Part shown: positions 17,836-29,713 of the stretch, piece after piece
Layout of the letters: each line of letters begins with the position of its first letter
Numbering within the stretch: position 1 is the first letter of the stretch
Source: Laetmonice hystrix
Taxonomy: Eukaryota
Direction of reading: 5' to 3'
Assembly (NCBI GenBank): GCA_965235115.1
Contig: OZ249437.1
Span: forward strand, 43,896,001 to 43,960,000
Length of the DNA: 64,000 nucleotides
Notes under the pieces: model-generated
What the model was told of the DNA's origin: nothing
Database searches by the model: none
The model's input: the letters and a program-made list of their open reading frames with translations, nothing else
Translations under genes and position numbers: made by a program

Positions 17836-18327
17836 GCAAATCTTGTAGGCAACAGAACGATCTGCAAATCTTGCAGGCAACAGAACGATCTACAAATCTT
17901 GCAGGCAACAGAACGATCTGCAAATCTTGTAGGCAACAGAACGGTCTGCAAATCTTACAGGCAACAGAACGATCTGCAAATCTTGCAGGCAACAGAACGA
18001 TCTACAAATCTTGTAGGCAACAGAACGATCTACAAATCTTGCAGGCAACAGAACGATCTACAAATCTTGCAGGCAACAGAACGATCTGCAAATCTTGTAG
18101 GCAACAGAACGATCTGCAAATCTTGTAGGCAACAGAACGGTCTGCAAATCTTACAGGCAACAGAACGATCTGCAAATCTTGCAGGCAACAGAACGATCTA
18201 CAAATCTTGTAGGCAACAGAACGATCTACAAATCTTGCAGGCAACAGAACGATCTACAAATCTTGCAGGCAACAGAACGATCTACAAATCTTGTAGGCAA
18301 CAGAACGATCTGCAAATCTTGCAGGCA
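17836..18327. repeat. 28-bp minisatellite, about 17.5 copies, with a 196-bp (7-unit) higher-order repeat
   Basis: Unit GCAAATCTTGYAGGCAACAGAACGATCT. The diagnostic variant ACGGTCTGCAAATCTTACAGG recurs at 17941 and 18137 (196 = 7x28). Confidence 0.95.
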
Positions 18328-18699
18328 TTGACTCCTTAGAAATCATGCGAACTGCCGTATTTCTAGATAACACTTCATGATAATTCTATCCACTACCTTT
18401 AAAAATACGCTTCATTTATTGCTGGTAACTTTGAACTTTACTAATCTGGACAGGCCTTTTCCAATAAGGCTATTAAAACATTGAATCAATTGCACCTGAA
18501 TAAAACACTTGAATAACCTGCCAGTTAACCTTCAATCAGGGGTAATTCGAATAAATGTGATCCTTCATTGCCGCAAGATTTATCACTATAATCTTTCAAT
18601 ATTTTCCTCAAAAATAGTTTGTACCCCTCAGATGTTTGGGTCGAGAAAGCACTTGATCCAATAAGGCTGAGTTTGTAGGGGGGGGGGGGGGCGGCCCTC

Positions 18700-19820
18700 G
18701 CCGACTATAATGTGTGACGTCATGTCTGTGGGAAGGCCGCCCTGACGACCGGGAGAATCCACCACTGGTCAAATTGCGCATGACGTTAAACATCGTGCCA
18801 CGTGTTACGTTGCGTGTCCTTTATCCAGCGTCCCGCCTGTCAGTGGTCAGTCCCCGACGTGTTGGAAATTTCCGGCGACCACCTGCGTGGCCATACTCTG
18901 TCATGGCGCTTTCACACGTTTGGCACGGTTGGGGTGAAGACTTGTACGGTTCGCTAGGAAGCCGAGGCAGGCTTTCTATCATTTCTTATCGAAAAATCCT
19001 GAAATATATTATGTAAGAAATTACGAAATGGAAATTAATCTATAGCTGTAAACAGTACAATAATTATTGACAAGAGAATCATTTTCTATCCTTAAAGTAA
19101 GGAAGGGATTGAAAGGCACGCGTTGGTTAACTTACGATCATATATTTCGGGAAGGATAATATAGTGGGGAAGGCAGGGGGACAGTATGATATCCGGGGGA
19201 AGGACTAGGAGTGTAAGTGAACGAACTGTTGGTCACAGGCAGCATCAACAGGTGTCAAGCAAAGTGACAGTGGACCGGATATAACCACGACAGCTAAAGC
19301 AATGGGCGCCTGCTCCAATATCACCCACCTAGACGATTCTGATGGTGGATGGCTGAAACAACAGGGAGTTTCCAGGTTAGTTAACCTTGGCAACCGTCCC
19401 TGTAGACCGTTCTTCACAATCGGGCCTAAATACAGATCGACAGCTCGTCCCAACACGAGGCTGACAGCATCACAATACAGTGATTGACGTGAAACTTGGT
19501 CAATACCGTGGAATGCCACGGAACAAGGGCCCCAGTCAGCCGATTCTAATCATATTACAGATGGCCCTGCTGGTAAGGTGTTACCATGGCAACACAAGCA
19601 TCCTTGATTCCTGAAAACAGGTAATTACCTCCCGACAGGTCGCCTGGCACACAATTTTTCCCGGTTGCTATTGACAATTGACCAGAGTCTTATTATATAA
19701 TGACAGGTGTCTAGCGCTTCTGGGTACGACTACTACAGTTAATGTTCTGCCAACGTCACGTTCTCCTGCCTCATCGTAATGACGTGTTGTCTCTCAATTA
19801 GTCGCCATGGCGTCCCTTGG
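18700..19820. promoter_or_regulatory. CpG-rich regulatory region with CRE and RFX X-box motifs
   Basis: TGACGTCA at about 18715. X-box GTTACCATGGCAAC at 19580-19593. GTCGCCATGGCGTC at 19801. Confidence 0.3.
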
Positions 19821-20885
19821 CATTTGGTTGAAGAAGCTTTTGTCATGTCACCTACAGCTATTCTTTGAAATGAAAGATATTCCCTGAAATTTTCACGTTG
19901 GACGTAATTAAATGAAATTACATGTATTGGTTATTTTCTAAAGTACTTTACGTAATCTAATATGATCGGCTTGCGACAGGGGATGATTCATTCTGTGATA
20001 TAAGTGAAAACAAAAACAGACTTCAGTAGCAATAAGATACAAAGACTTTCCAAAGAATAGATTGGAACAAGCCAGGATCTCATGACAGTATCAGAAGATC
20101 AGAAACCACTTGAAAAAGAACGAGATACAAGGCGCGATAATTAAGGGCCGGCAATCTCATACAGTCAAGTCCTACAATCGTCCACAGTGCCTACTCTCGG
20201 GCCTAATCTCACAGAAACTCAATGTCTGCAGGCTGTTTCTCGCCTACTTGTTAAAAGAAAGTGCCTTCCTCTTTACTATTATATGGAGAATATTCTCTAC
20301 AGATCCAAGATGACGCGGGTTATAAATAGCACGGAACTGCGTATTGCACAGCCTATGTGTGCCCACTCATCGTATTTTGAGTCATTAGATATTCTTGTAG
20401 TCGTTCCAAGTACAGAATGGCGGTATCTTTTTGATAACTGATCCGGGCAAAGGTTCATGCATACTTTATTAATGTTCCTGACCTTATCCCTTTCTTACCA
20501 TTAATACAATAGGAAGGCACGCCCTGCAAACAAACGAGATTCTGTCGGCAAAACCACTGCGGCATTATTCTAGTCAAAATGTCAAGAAGGATAGAGAGAG
20601 AGAAAAAAAACTGATAAAAACCCCCGTTGAATAAGGGTCTTTCAGGCTGCATAATGCACCAGCCCCTTTTCACAAAGGAAATAGATGAGGTATACTCCCC
20701 AAACCGTTCTTCACTGAAGAATTTTATCCAAACTACAGAACCACTTTAGTGTCTCCTGAGTAGAGACGGTGTCTTGAGAATACAGTGCACCGAACTAAGA
20801 CTTGACTGTATGGGCCGGAGGCTGGGGGTGGCAGCAGGGAACCTACCATGCTACATGCAGGGGGTCACTGGGTGCATCATGACCA

Positions 20886-22192
20886 TCAGAGATAAGAGAC
20901 CATCCTACCATGGTGGAGAAGTGAACCACCACTACCCCGCTGTTCCATCGTCTTTAACTCCTGTGTGTCCGTCTTCAGCTTCGTTCTCGCTATCTGACGC
21001 ATCATTTCTTCCCTAAAACATACTTGTACATTCAATCGTATGATATACACCACTTTACAACATAACTCCTTACTGTAAAGCGTAGATGTATCCATAAATT
21101 CTGTTATATAACATTCTTTACAGCAATTCCCTGTTCCATCCTTGATCAAAAATACAGAACACGCCTTTAAAAAGATCTAACGGCCCCTACCAGCTGTTTC
21201 TAATCTGCAGTTGGTCATTGAAGTATTTCGTTATCTATCTTGGCAGACCTACATGAAACACAATTACTTCCTTTTATGCCAAATAACAATTTAGTCTTCA
21301 ATGAGCCTTTTTCTGAAAGGAATTTGTTGATAAAGGTGAGAGTAGAAGATCGCTAAGTAACAACTTATTGTAAATGTAGTCTTTCTGTTGAACAAGATAT
21401 TCTCAGTCGTTGGTTTTATTAGAAAGACGAGATGTGACGTCTTGGCGGAGTTTTTCGTTAGGTGCCACTGTTTGAGTCTGTCTGTTACTTCCTGTCGACT
21501 ACAGATCTACCCGTGTGTGGCCCTCACCGACAGGACATGGATCCATCCGTCATCCCACTAGAGATTTGTCAACCTACCTGTGCTGTGGATTACTGATGCC
21601 AATCATCTGTAACTTGCATTCCGTTAATCTTACAAGGGTTCTCCCTGAAATGAAGCATAACAAAATGCCACTATGTTTCTCTGGAACATCTTCTGATACC
21701 ACCCGATTGTCAGAAATTGAGAATGTTGCGATGTTAAACCGGCAATGTGTCTTTTCATGCGCCATTTAAATATTCTCTAAGCTGAAAGGTCTGTGACATA
21801 TTTTCAAATTGGCAATTTAATTTCGTCCCCCCTTCTTATTTAGGGGTATGATTAAAAATTAATATATAATACTATCATACAATACAGGCTGTTCCTGACA
21901 AAGAATCCACTATCTGTTAAAATCATTGCCTTTTTTGCCTCTACTATGCGCGATAGAAACTGTCACTACTGTAAAGCTAACCCCTGGGTTTCCCGTCTAT
22001 AACATTGCCTGGGCGTGACCTACCTGTAATTTCGTGCTGTCTGAAAAGCTCTCCGTACGCCTCATGAGGTTGGGGGCAGTACTTCCGCAGCCATTTTGTC
22101 ACCTCCTCCACGGACCAGAAGTATAGGGCCTTGGTCTTACCCTTACGGCTCTTGGCATCACGCCCTCGCGTCTGCAAGGTCAAGGTAGCCAT
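20886..22192 (-). CDS. ave: Protein aveugle/Hyphen-like SAM-domain protein (SAMD10/SAMD12 family), 3 coding exons, about 120 aa
   Basis: Exons 22192-22024, 21644-21578, 21012-20886, phases consistent. MATLTLQTRGRDAKSRKGKTKALYFWSVEEVTKWLRKYCPQPHEAYGELFRQHEITGRTLVRLTECKLQMIGISNPQHREEMMRQIARTKLKTDTQELKTMEQRG... parallels fly Aveugle (KAVYLW..HDITGRALLR..RLKTD) and SAMD12. ATG in ACCATGG context. Strong acceptor at 22265. Candidate 5'UTR exon ends at 24286. The last exon may splice further. Confidence 0.88.
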
Positions 22193-23991
22193 GGTTCGAG
22201 AAAAGACATGTACTAAGGTCGCGGTTTTGGTCGGATACCACAATACGGCATTGATCTGAGGCTACTGAAATGAAAGAAAATTTTAAAAATATGGAGCCGA
22301 CTTCAGATATGATGTCTGCAATGTAATGAACACGACTCCCACTGTTTTCAAGTTTACCCAGGCAACCATGACACTCTCCTGACCAACATCCACCACTATC
22401 TGATTAGGACTACCTTTTATTAGTTAATGTCTGATGATTTTATTATCTTTTCAGAAAGTATATGGGTTCGCACCCCGTTCTCAACATGGGAAATGGTAAT
22501 TATGGGGATTCCTTACACATGCACATGTACATAGAGAAGACTGGAGATAGTGTATGCGATCTTCCCTTAATAGAAACATAGGCTACAATCGCATGCCTAC
22601 TTCATTATACCTGTTCGATTTTACGGCTCAAATAATGAGATCCATATGAGCATAGGACTTTTACAGTTACAGGTCCTCCCTTTGCGTCATGACGTCCCGA
22701 CTATGACGTTTGATTATGTCATATCACCGGCGTCCCGCCTCCGTTTTCACAACAAAGCTTCCGTGACGTACATTTCAGTGTTCAGATGTAGCAATCCCCT
22801 TAACCGCTCCAGCGCTGAGCCTATAATTGGTGCATATGAAACAGCCAATCACCTTGGACATGTACATATCCAGCCGCGCCATGTCGAGTTCTTGCTGACA
22901 ATCGAATAGAATCGCGTGGGTGTGTTGTCAGAGCTGAGACAGGTCTCACACTATTCAATACCTGGTCCCTGTTGTGTAGACCCAATATAGCGTTGGTTCC
23001 CGGTCCCTGCAGCTGCCCTGTCAAACCTCGTGTTAAGTAATGAGATCTGGCTCGCCCCAAGCATGCCATAACCTGGCGTCGGCTCTCAGCAGACCTAAGT
23101 CTTCACACCTGCAGCAGCGAGTGTGTGAACTTGGTAATCCCCGCTGAATCTTCCCGTCACATCTTTACTTGAATGTTCTCGGCAATAACACCTCCAGGTT
23201 CTCCCGGATATTGCGGTTGGTTGCTTTACGCCATGCTGGTAAAAAAAACGGTCGGCCTTCTTCAGCTTTAATGACGAGTACGAGAAAAGAAGCTAATATC
23301 AAGAATAAACCCGCACGCCGGGACACAATACTCTACTCTTTTTGATAAGTGGCGGAGTTCTTTTACCAGACTGTGACCAGAACACGTTTTTATATGTCCA
23401 GCCTATATGCATGCCCCAGTCCGCCAGCACTTGGTGGGGGTATAGAGTCAAGTGGGTGAGAAATAACCAGCCCCAGGTGGCTCATGGCACGTGCTTCCAT
23501 TATACCATGCACCATATAACTGCCCCTCTCCCCCACTGTTCACCCAATCCCAAGGGGGAGGTGCGACTGAGCCATCGCGCTGAATTGCCATGATCCTAAA
23601 TGAGTTGTCGGCGCGCAAGTCGTTGTAGAGGATCAGATATTTAAGCTTAACTTCTAAAGCTTTGGGCTTTAACAAGTGATAAGGACTCGAGCAATCCGCC
23701 AGTTGCAGGGAATCACTTTTCTGTACAGAGCGCACAGGTGCAATTTTTTCAGGACCTACCTCAGAGCGGATATTCATGACTTAATAAAAGGCTTCACATA
23801 TAACTTCAGGATAAAGATAACGTTACCGACTTTTCGATCATCATATTCATGGAGCTGGTGCACGCTGTTATACAATCCGAAGTCCATATATTCACCAACG
23901 GTTTCTACAAACTTAAGATTTTACTTAAGCCGAAGCTCAAGGCTTCTGATTGGTTGGTTACCCGGACAGGACTACCAGGGTTTCCTAACTT

Positions 23992-24091
23992 GGGCCCAGT
24001 TTTTAGTTTAGACCAATCTGAAGGTCTGAAACAAGAGTTCAGTCTTAAGATTTAAATCTTAAGACTCAGTTTGCAAACTAGAAACCAGGGC
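23992..24091. mobile_element. Small degenerate MITE containing a perfect 26-bp palindrome
   Basis: GGGCCCAGTTTTTAGTTT ... AAACTAGAAACCAGGGCC termini. AGTCTTAAGATTTAAATCTTAAGACT at 24041-24066. Confidence 0.45.
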
Positions 24092-25205
24092 CAGGGGTAG
24101 GGGGTAGGTTTTTGACAAGAAAAATATACAGCCTGAAAATTTCGGAGCAGTAACTGTTTGGGGGAAGTCCCCCCCCCCCCAAAAGGGGGGACCTGCAGAA
24201 AATCATGGCCACGATGGTTCAGTGGTGTATCATAATGGTTCCGACTCGTGATCACAGGGTCTCTCACCCCTGGTTTGTCAGTTACCTGCCGTCAGGTCGG
24301 TTGTTTCCACCGGAGACGCCAGTTTCCTTCACCGGTAAAACTGATCGCTTCCATAAAATCCTGAGGCGTAAAACCCCAATCCCAAATCCTACTAATTCAA
24401 ATCCTGCTACCCGGACACTTGGTCTCATTACCGGATCCCGTTTCTACGCTCCACTGAATGAACGCATCTGACTGAGCACAACGCTGGATGTGGCAAATAA
24501 GAAAAAACGGTTGAAGTTCATTTGTGTTCTAAACACAGAGAAATTTAAATGCGAAAAATAAGCATGTAACAATTTCATGGTGAAATTGCGCGCACGACAG
24601 CTCATTAATCACAAACGCTCCAACTGTTCAGTAGGAAGAAAAGGCTGGGCGGATAAAGAAAATATGCACATTTTATATTGAATTACGAAACGAATTGGTT
24701 TCCCCTGTCCGAATTGCAACCACAAGCTCTCAGCACGCAAGAACTACACGCACACCGCACACTTTCGTTTAGCACAGAGGTTTTTTTTCTAATTTAGAGG
24801 TGCTAACATCGTTCTTCCCGATGGAAAGGAATCTATTGACCCGATTCGTTCTGAATGCAGACCACTGAAAGCATCTTTCTTCGGAGGTGGCGGAACCCTC
24901 TTAGCGAGCACTGATTTGTTTTTGATTCTTCAGGCTCTGCAGGGTGTATGTCCATATTAAAGGACCCAGATAGCCAGCACCTGAGGCAACAGAACAAGCA
25001 ATGGAAAGTCCTGTTTTTATCCACTAGGCACTGAAATATGTATTTATAATCTAGAAAGTTCAAAGCCGTCTGTTCAATGCTTTGACTGAGGATATAAAGA
25101 GAGCATAGCCAGAAAAGGAAAAGTATCCGCCGAATCATCATCTAAGCTGCTCTGTTCATGGAAAGACGATATCAAACACACTGCCTGTCGCGATGGTAAC
25201 GGATT

Positions 25206-28200
25206 ATGAAGCTGGCTCGCTTTGCAGTACTTCAGGGTAAGGTTACGTAGCCTACATTTATGTATCGCTGCAGAGACCGAAACTTCAACAGGTCCTTTTA
25301 GACTGCATAGGAGGATCTGTCACTGTAATCAACAGGTAATGTACATACTGTGACATATCGATGTAAAATGCGCTCTGAAATTCTAAACCTTAGGCCCTGA
25401 ACGTTACGCTTTTTGAATATATTTGCGTGGTGACCACCTGAAAATCCAGTCTTTAATGGGTAAAACCTACTTGGCACATGCCAACTAAGATCCGGAAGAA
25501 ATATTGGTAGCTTCGACGTGATCCCCTGCCATGGAGAAGAGAAAGCGTCTATACGGCTGAAGGCAATCTCTAGTACCTTTGTTGTGTACCTTCGTTTCCT
25601 CGTTGCGTTAACCGCAATACAGAAGCTCACAAATGGCCACCGTCATAATACTGCCCCAAACGGCAATCTCCACGGTAAGCTGAGATGATGGTTCCATCAC
25701 TGAGAGGATGGCAGTTAATCGCCGGATACACAATGTGTGCAGTGAAACCCATCCGCCGTGCCTCCCCGTCAAAAGTAACCCGAGTTGGCGGATTCGTGGA
25801 CATCGAGAGGCGAGAGGGACAAACTATGACGTTTAAATGTTATCAGTCTTGGCCTCAATGATCATGACTCGGATCACCATGTACCAAATGGTTTATAATA
25901 TACAGAGGGCCTACCAACTCTGACCCAACAGAGAGCCAAAGAACAATGAAAAGAACAGTCGAAATAAACTGTAATTAACTAGCCGACTTGTTCTGTGTTC
26001 TGAATATAATTGCATTGTAAGTCAAACTGTCTTAATAAAATAGTGTGTACAATGCCTGCATATCATGACTTTAGTGTTGTAGGGGTTTTTTGACACTCAG
26101 ACACTGATGCCACGCCTGCAGTATGGGCAAGAATTAGGCTTCTTGACCTCAGACGACCACGGTGCCGCCTTGGGTGATTGATGGTCATTACGGTATAGTA
26201 AAGCTTCTCAGCTCCTTCCAGTAGCGGTAGACATCTTTGGAGGCCAGGAAGTTTCATCAATCAACCCAAAGCCTCCATGTAGGGCAATAAACCCCTGTCA
26301 CACTGTACACCCAGAGTGACGGGAAGGGCCTTACCGACCTCCGGACCTGCTGGCTTCCCTCATCAATCAGAGGTCTGAGACCGGATCCACGACATCCGCC
26401 GCCCTGCTCTTGTATTCCGTGACAAAGGACTATTTACCTGCCTACTCCTAGCACTACTGTCCGAATTATAACTACGCGGTCGCTGGGGGTTAGGCAGGGA
26501 TTGGTGGAGACAGGACACGGGAGTTAAGTGTGGGGGTCGAAGGGGCAGCCAGCCCCCCCCCCCCCCCGCCCTTTGGGTGGAACCGCATATATAATGATCC
26601 CAGTTTCAAAAAACGACGGAATACGGAAATACTTGTCAATTGGGTACAAGCAGAGATCCAGAGAAAACCTTTGCCATTGGCAGCTAAAAATATTCATTCT
26701 ATTATGAGGCCACGATTTATATTATACTTGACGTATTATTGAACAGTTGAAAGGAGTTTGACTGCCTTTTCTGCTGTATTTGTAGATTTTGATCCATGCT
26801 AGTAACGAATTTGGTTTTGCCATCATAAAAACTACAGACAGATCTGCGGCAGACATCTTAACGTCAGCAGTACCACTGAAGGAGGGAGGCCTGGTGCTGT
26901 GTGGGTCCATGCAGTACACATACCACCCCACCACATATCACTCCTCCAGGGTGAGTAAGGAAGTCCATGTAGTACACATACCACCCCACCACATACCACT
27001 CCTCCAGGGTGAGTAAGGAAGTCCATGCAGTACACATACCACCCCACCACATACCACTCCTCCAGGGTGAGTAAGGAAGTCCATGCAGTACGCCAGTTAC
27101 CTTATACTTACATGTATCTAACATAGCAGGGGTGCGAGGACGCGTCTGTGTCGCTTTGTATCGACCACGATATCGACTCTTGTCGGTCGTACCGACACGC
27201 AGTACCTCGTGTCCGGTCTACATCCAAAACCTATCACTAGGGATACTATAGCACCTGCCATTAACCTAATGGGATGCAGCCTCATACAAAATAATATCTG
27301 AATCTGTTAGATGATTATTTCATCTTTAATATCGCGCCCTTAGACCTTAAGGGGGACACTTAACGTATAAGCCTACATACAATCATGTATAAACACTCAA
27401 GTAGGTCTTGCAAAAATATCCTCACACATCATACTATACACTTTATAATTTTGTTTAAACTTTTACTAAAATTTTAAATCTTCCTGGTCTTATGTTTTAA
27501 AACGTTTCTAATTTAATCTTAGGCAATATGAGGGACACGGTCTTATGGAGGACCACCTGGCCGTCTTTGTTACGGATGTGTACTTGGAGTGGACAGCCCT
27601 ACCGCACACGTTTACCTGCGGATAGGGGTCGTACCTTACTCCACCTAATACCACACGGACATCACTAAATGAGTATTCCCCTGTGGCAGTCAAAGTAATG
27701 TTGCTTCCCAAGAGAGCAGACTCGCGCAGAAACGGATCTAAGTAATGAAGGCAATATCTGTCCATCCATGCCAACTCCTAAAAATGCACTTCGTATAATT
27801 GGATGGGCAGGAGCTCCCACCTTCTAAAGAACGACTAATCTAATATATTCCGTTTTACAACATTTCACCAAGAATCACTCAAAGTCGGAACACAACCATA
27901 GTCACCAGGTGCAGTAAGAAATACAGTAAAGAAATCTACACTATACACCGCCACCCTCCGCTATGTAAACTTCCCGCACTAAATGACCATCCAGACCAAT
28001 CTTCAACCACTATGCTTCGCCATTCACCGTGTCTCTATGCACTGAGTAGAGGAGCAATCAGGGTTTCCATGTCGGAGAGGCCCATCCTCTTCTACGAAGG
28101 GGATTCGCAAAGAAGCTCTATGGGCAGGTCTTAACCAAGGTAATAAATAATCAATATACTTACCAACAGCTTGGACTCCATATAGTTTAATTGGTCATTA

Positions 28201-29713
28201 TCCTAATTAAAGAAGTAAAAGAAAATTGTGAAACAAACCATAGAATCAGGCAGTTAAACTTAAAATACATAGAAAGGTTAATTACGGTACCGCTTGTAAT
28301 ATATGATCATCGAGGAATGAAAATATAACTTTCTCGACCCTCCTGTTCAGGGCCACGCTCCGGTCAGCGGAGTGAGTGAGGCGCTGAAACTCAGCGTGGT
28401 TCAAGGCATATCATGCCGGTTTGAAGGATCCATTCTTATTGAGAGACAACATAATTTACACATTAATTATGTTGTCTCTCAATAAGATGAATACTGGGGC
28501 TACTGTAGACCATTAATATCCAATCGGATAAAGGCATTCTCGTCATGGATGGCCTGTCTTGATAAGGTGTCCAAATGCCCGGAAGCTTGAATATCACATA
28601 ATCAAGGAGAAAGAAAAAGTCACATGACAAATACGAAGAAATGTCAGCAAAGACTTGTAAAACAAGGATGTAAGGCACCAGGTATTACTGTTTTCTGTAG
28701 CAAATCTTGCAACTACCGCAGGTGCAATTAATTATCGTATCATTGAACTTCCTGGAGGCACAATCTGTGAGAATAGTTGGTCTTCTCAATTGCCTCGAAA
28801 ATAATCGGCTACAAATTTCTCTACCCATGTTGAGTATTTGAAACAAAGAGATTTTAGATTCATCTAACAAACATCACAGTCATCTGATGATGGTGACCAG
28901 GACTGTCATTGTCAAAACTAAATGAGGTAGCATTCGCGTGAACGCAATTTTCCTGTTCATTTACGCATAATATGGAACGGGGACGCAAAATTCAAATGTA
29001 TTATGGGCCAATTATAGATCTCAATCCCGTTTCGCTTTAGGTGAAATATAGAAATTCTGCCACCAAAAAATAAAAATCTTTTTCAAACTACCCCGGAATA
29101 TTTTACGGAAGCGGATTTAGTGTCTCATCCGCAGCCCGCAGGCACCAAAGATTTCTTTGTCTCTTTCTTCATCTCCGAAATCGGCATCGGTTGCCATTGT
29201 CTTAATTTGTCCGGATGCATTAAAAGCCACTGATTTTCCTGCTGTGCAGGATTGCTATCCATTATGAGCAAGCCTGGGAGACCATCTGTGCTGCTTCATG
29301 TCAATGGCCTGAGAGATGGACTGCGGACGTTTACCACCACGACTGCCTTTCACCGCATAATTTCACAACCACCTGCCAGTGTCTGTCCAAAAACATTAAA
29401 TAAAGAGCTACTGGCAAAGCACTGTACAGGGGACATAATGCTCTGCTTGCCTCCTTACAAATCTTGTCTGTGGGCGAATACCACCAAATACCGTGGCTGT
29501 TTCCCCGGAAACACCGGTCTTGCAAACGGAACCTATACCATACTCGATAGTCATACTCTTACTTCAATTATACGTATACATACATTATCAAAGATCGCAT
29601 GCGGTGAAAGAAATGATGACAGCAATTCCCCAGCACGTTATCTTATATGGAGGAAAACGAGGAATACCAGAGAGAGAGCTTTCTTTTCCTGCCGTGTCGA
29701 CATCCCATACTAA
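25206..29713 (+). other. Candidate spliced transcript divergent from the aveugle gene (unknown, lineage-specific or lncRNA)
   Basis: Donor CAGG|GTAAGG at 25237. Exon 25623-25674 (donor GTAAGC). Open exon 26786-26950 (ILIHASNEFGFAIIK...). Acceptor at 29249 directly before a 153-aa ORF. No homology recognised. Confidence 0.22.
26905..27090. repeat. 58-bp tandem repeat, about 3.2 copies, each carrying a 5' splice-site consensus
   Basis: Units start at 26905, 26963, 27021, 27079. Each contains CTCCAGG|GTGAGTAAG. Confidence 0.9.

Noticed and set aside
17761-18339. 192-aa and overlapping ORFs; CRISPR-like appearance
   Set aside because: Translation of the 28-bp minisatellite. Units are contiguous with no unique spacers and there are no cas genes.
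19205-19519. 104-aa minus-strand ORF
   Set aside because: No recognised domain or splice linkage; compatible with 3' flank of the aveugle gene.
28701-28805. GPCR loop-like peptide NYRIIELPGGTICENSWS
   Set aside because: No transmembrane segments or flanking exons; early stop.
29250-29403. SRCR-like start IAIHYEQAWETIC
   Set aside because: The following residues lack the SRCR WxxxDAxVxCRQLG pattern, and the frame stops after about 50 codons.
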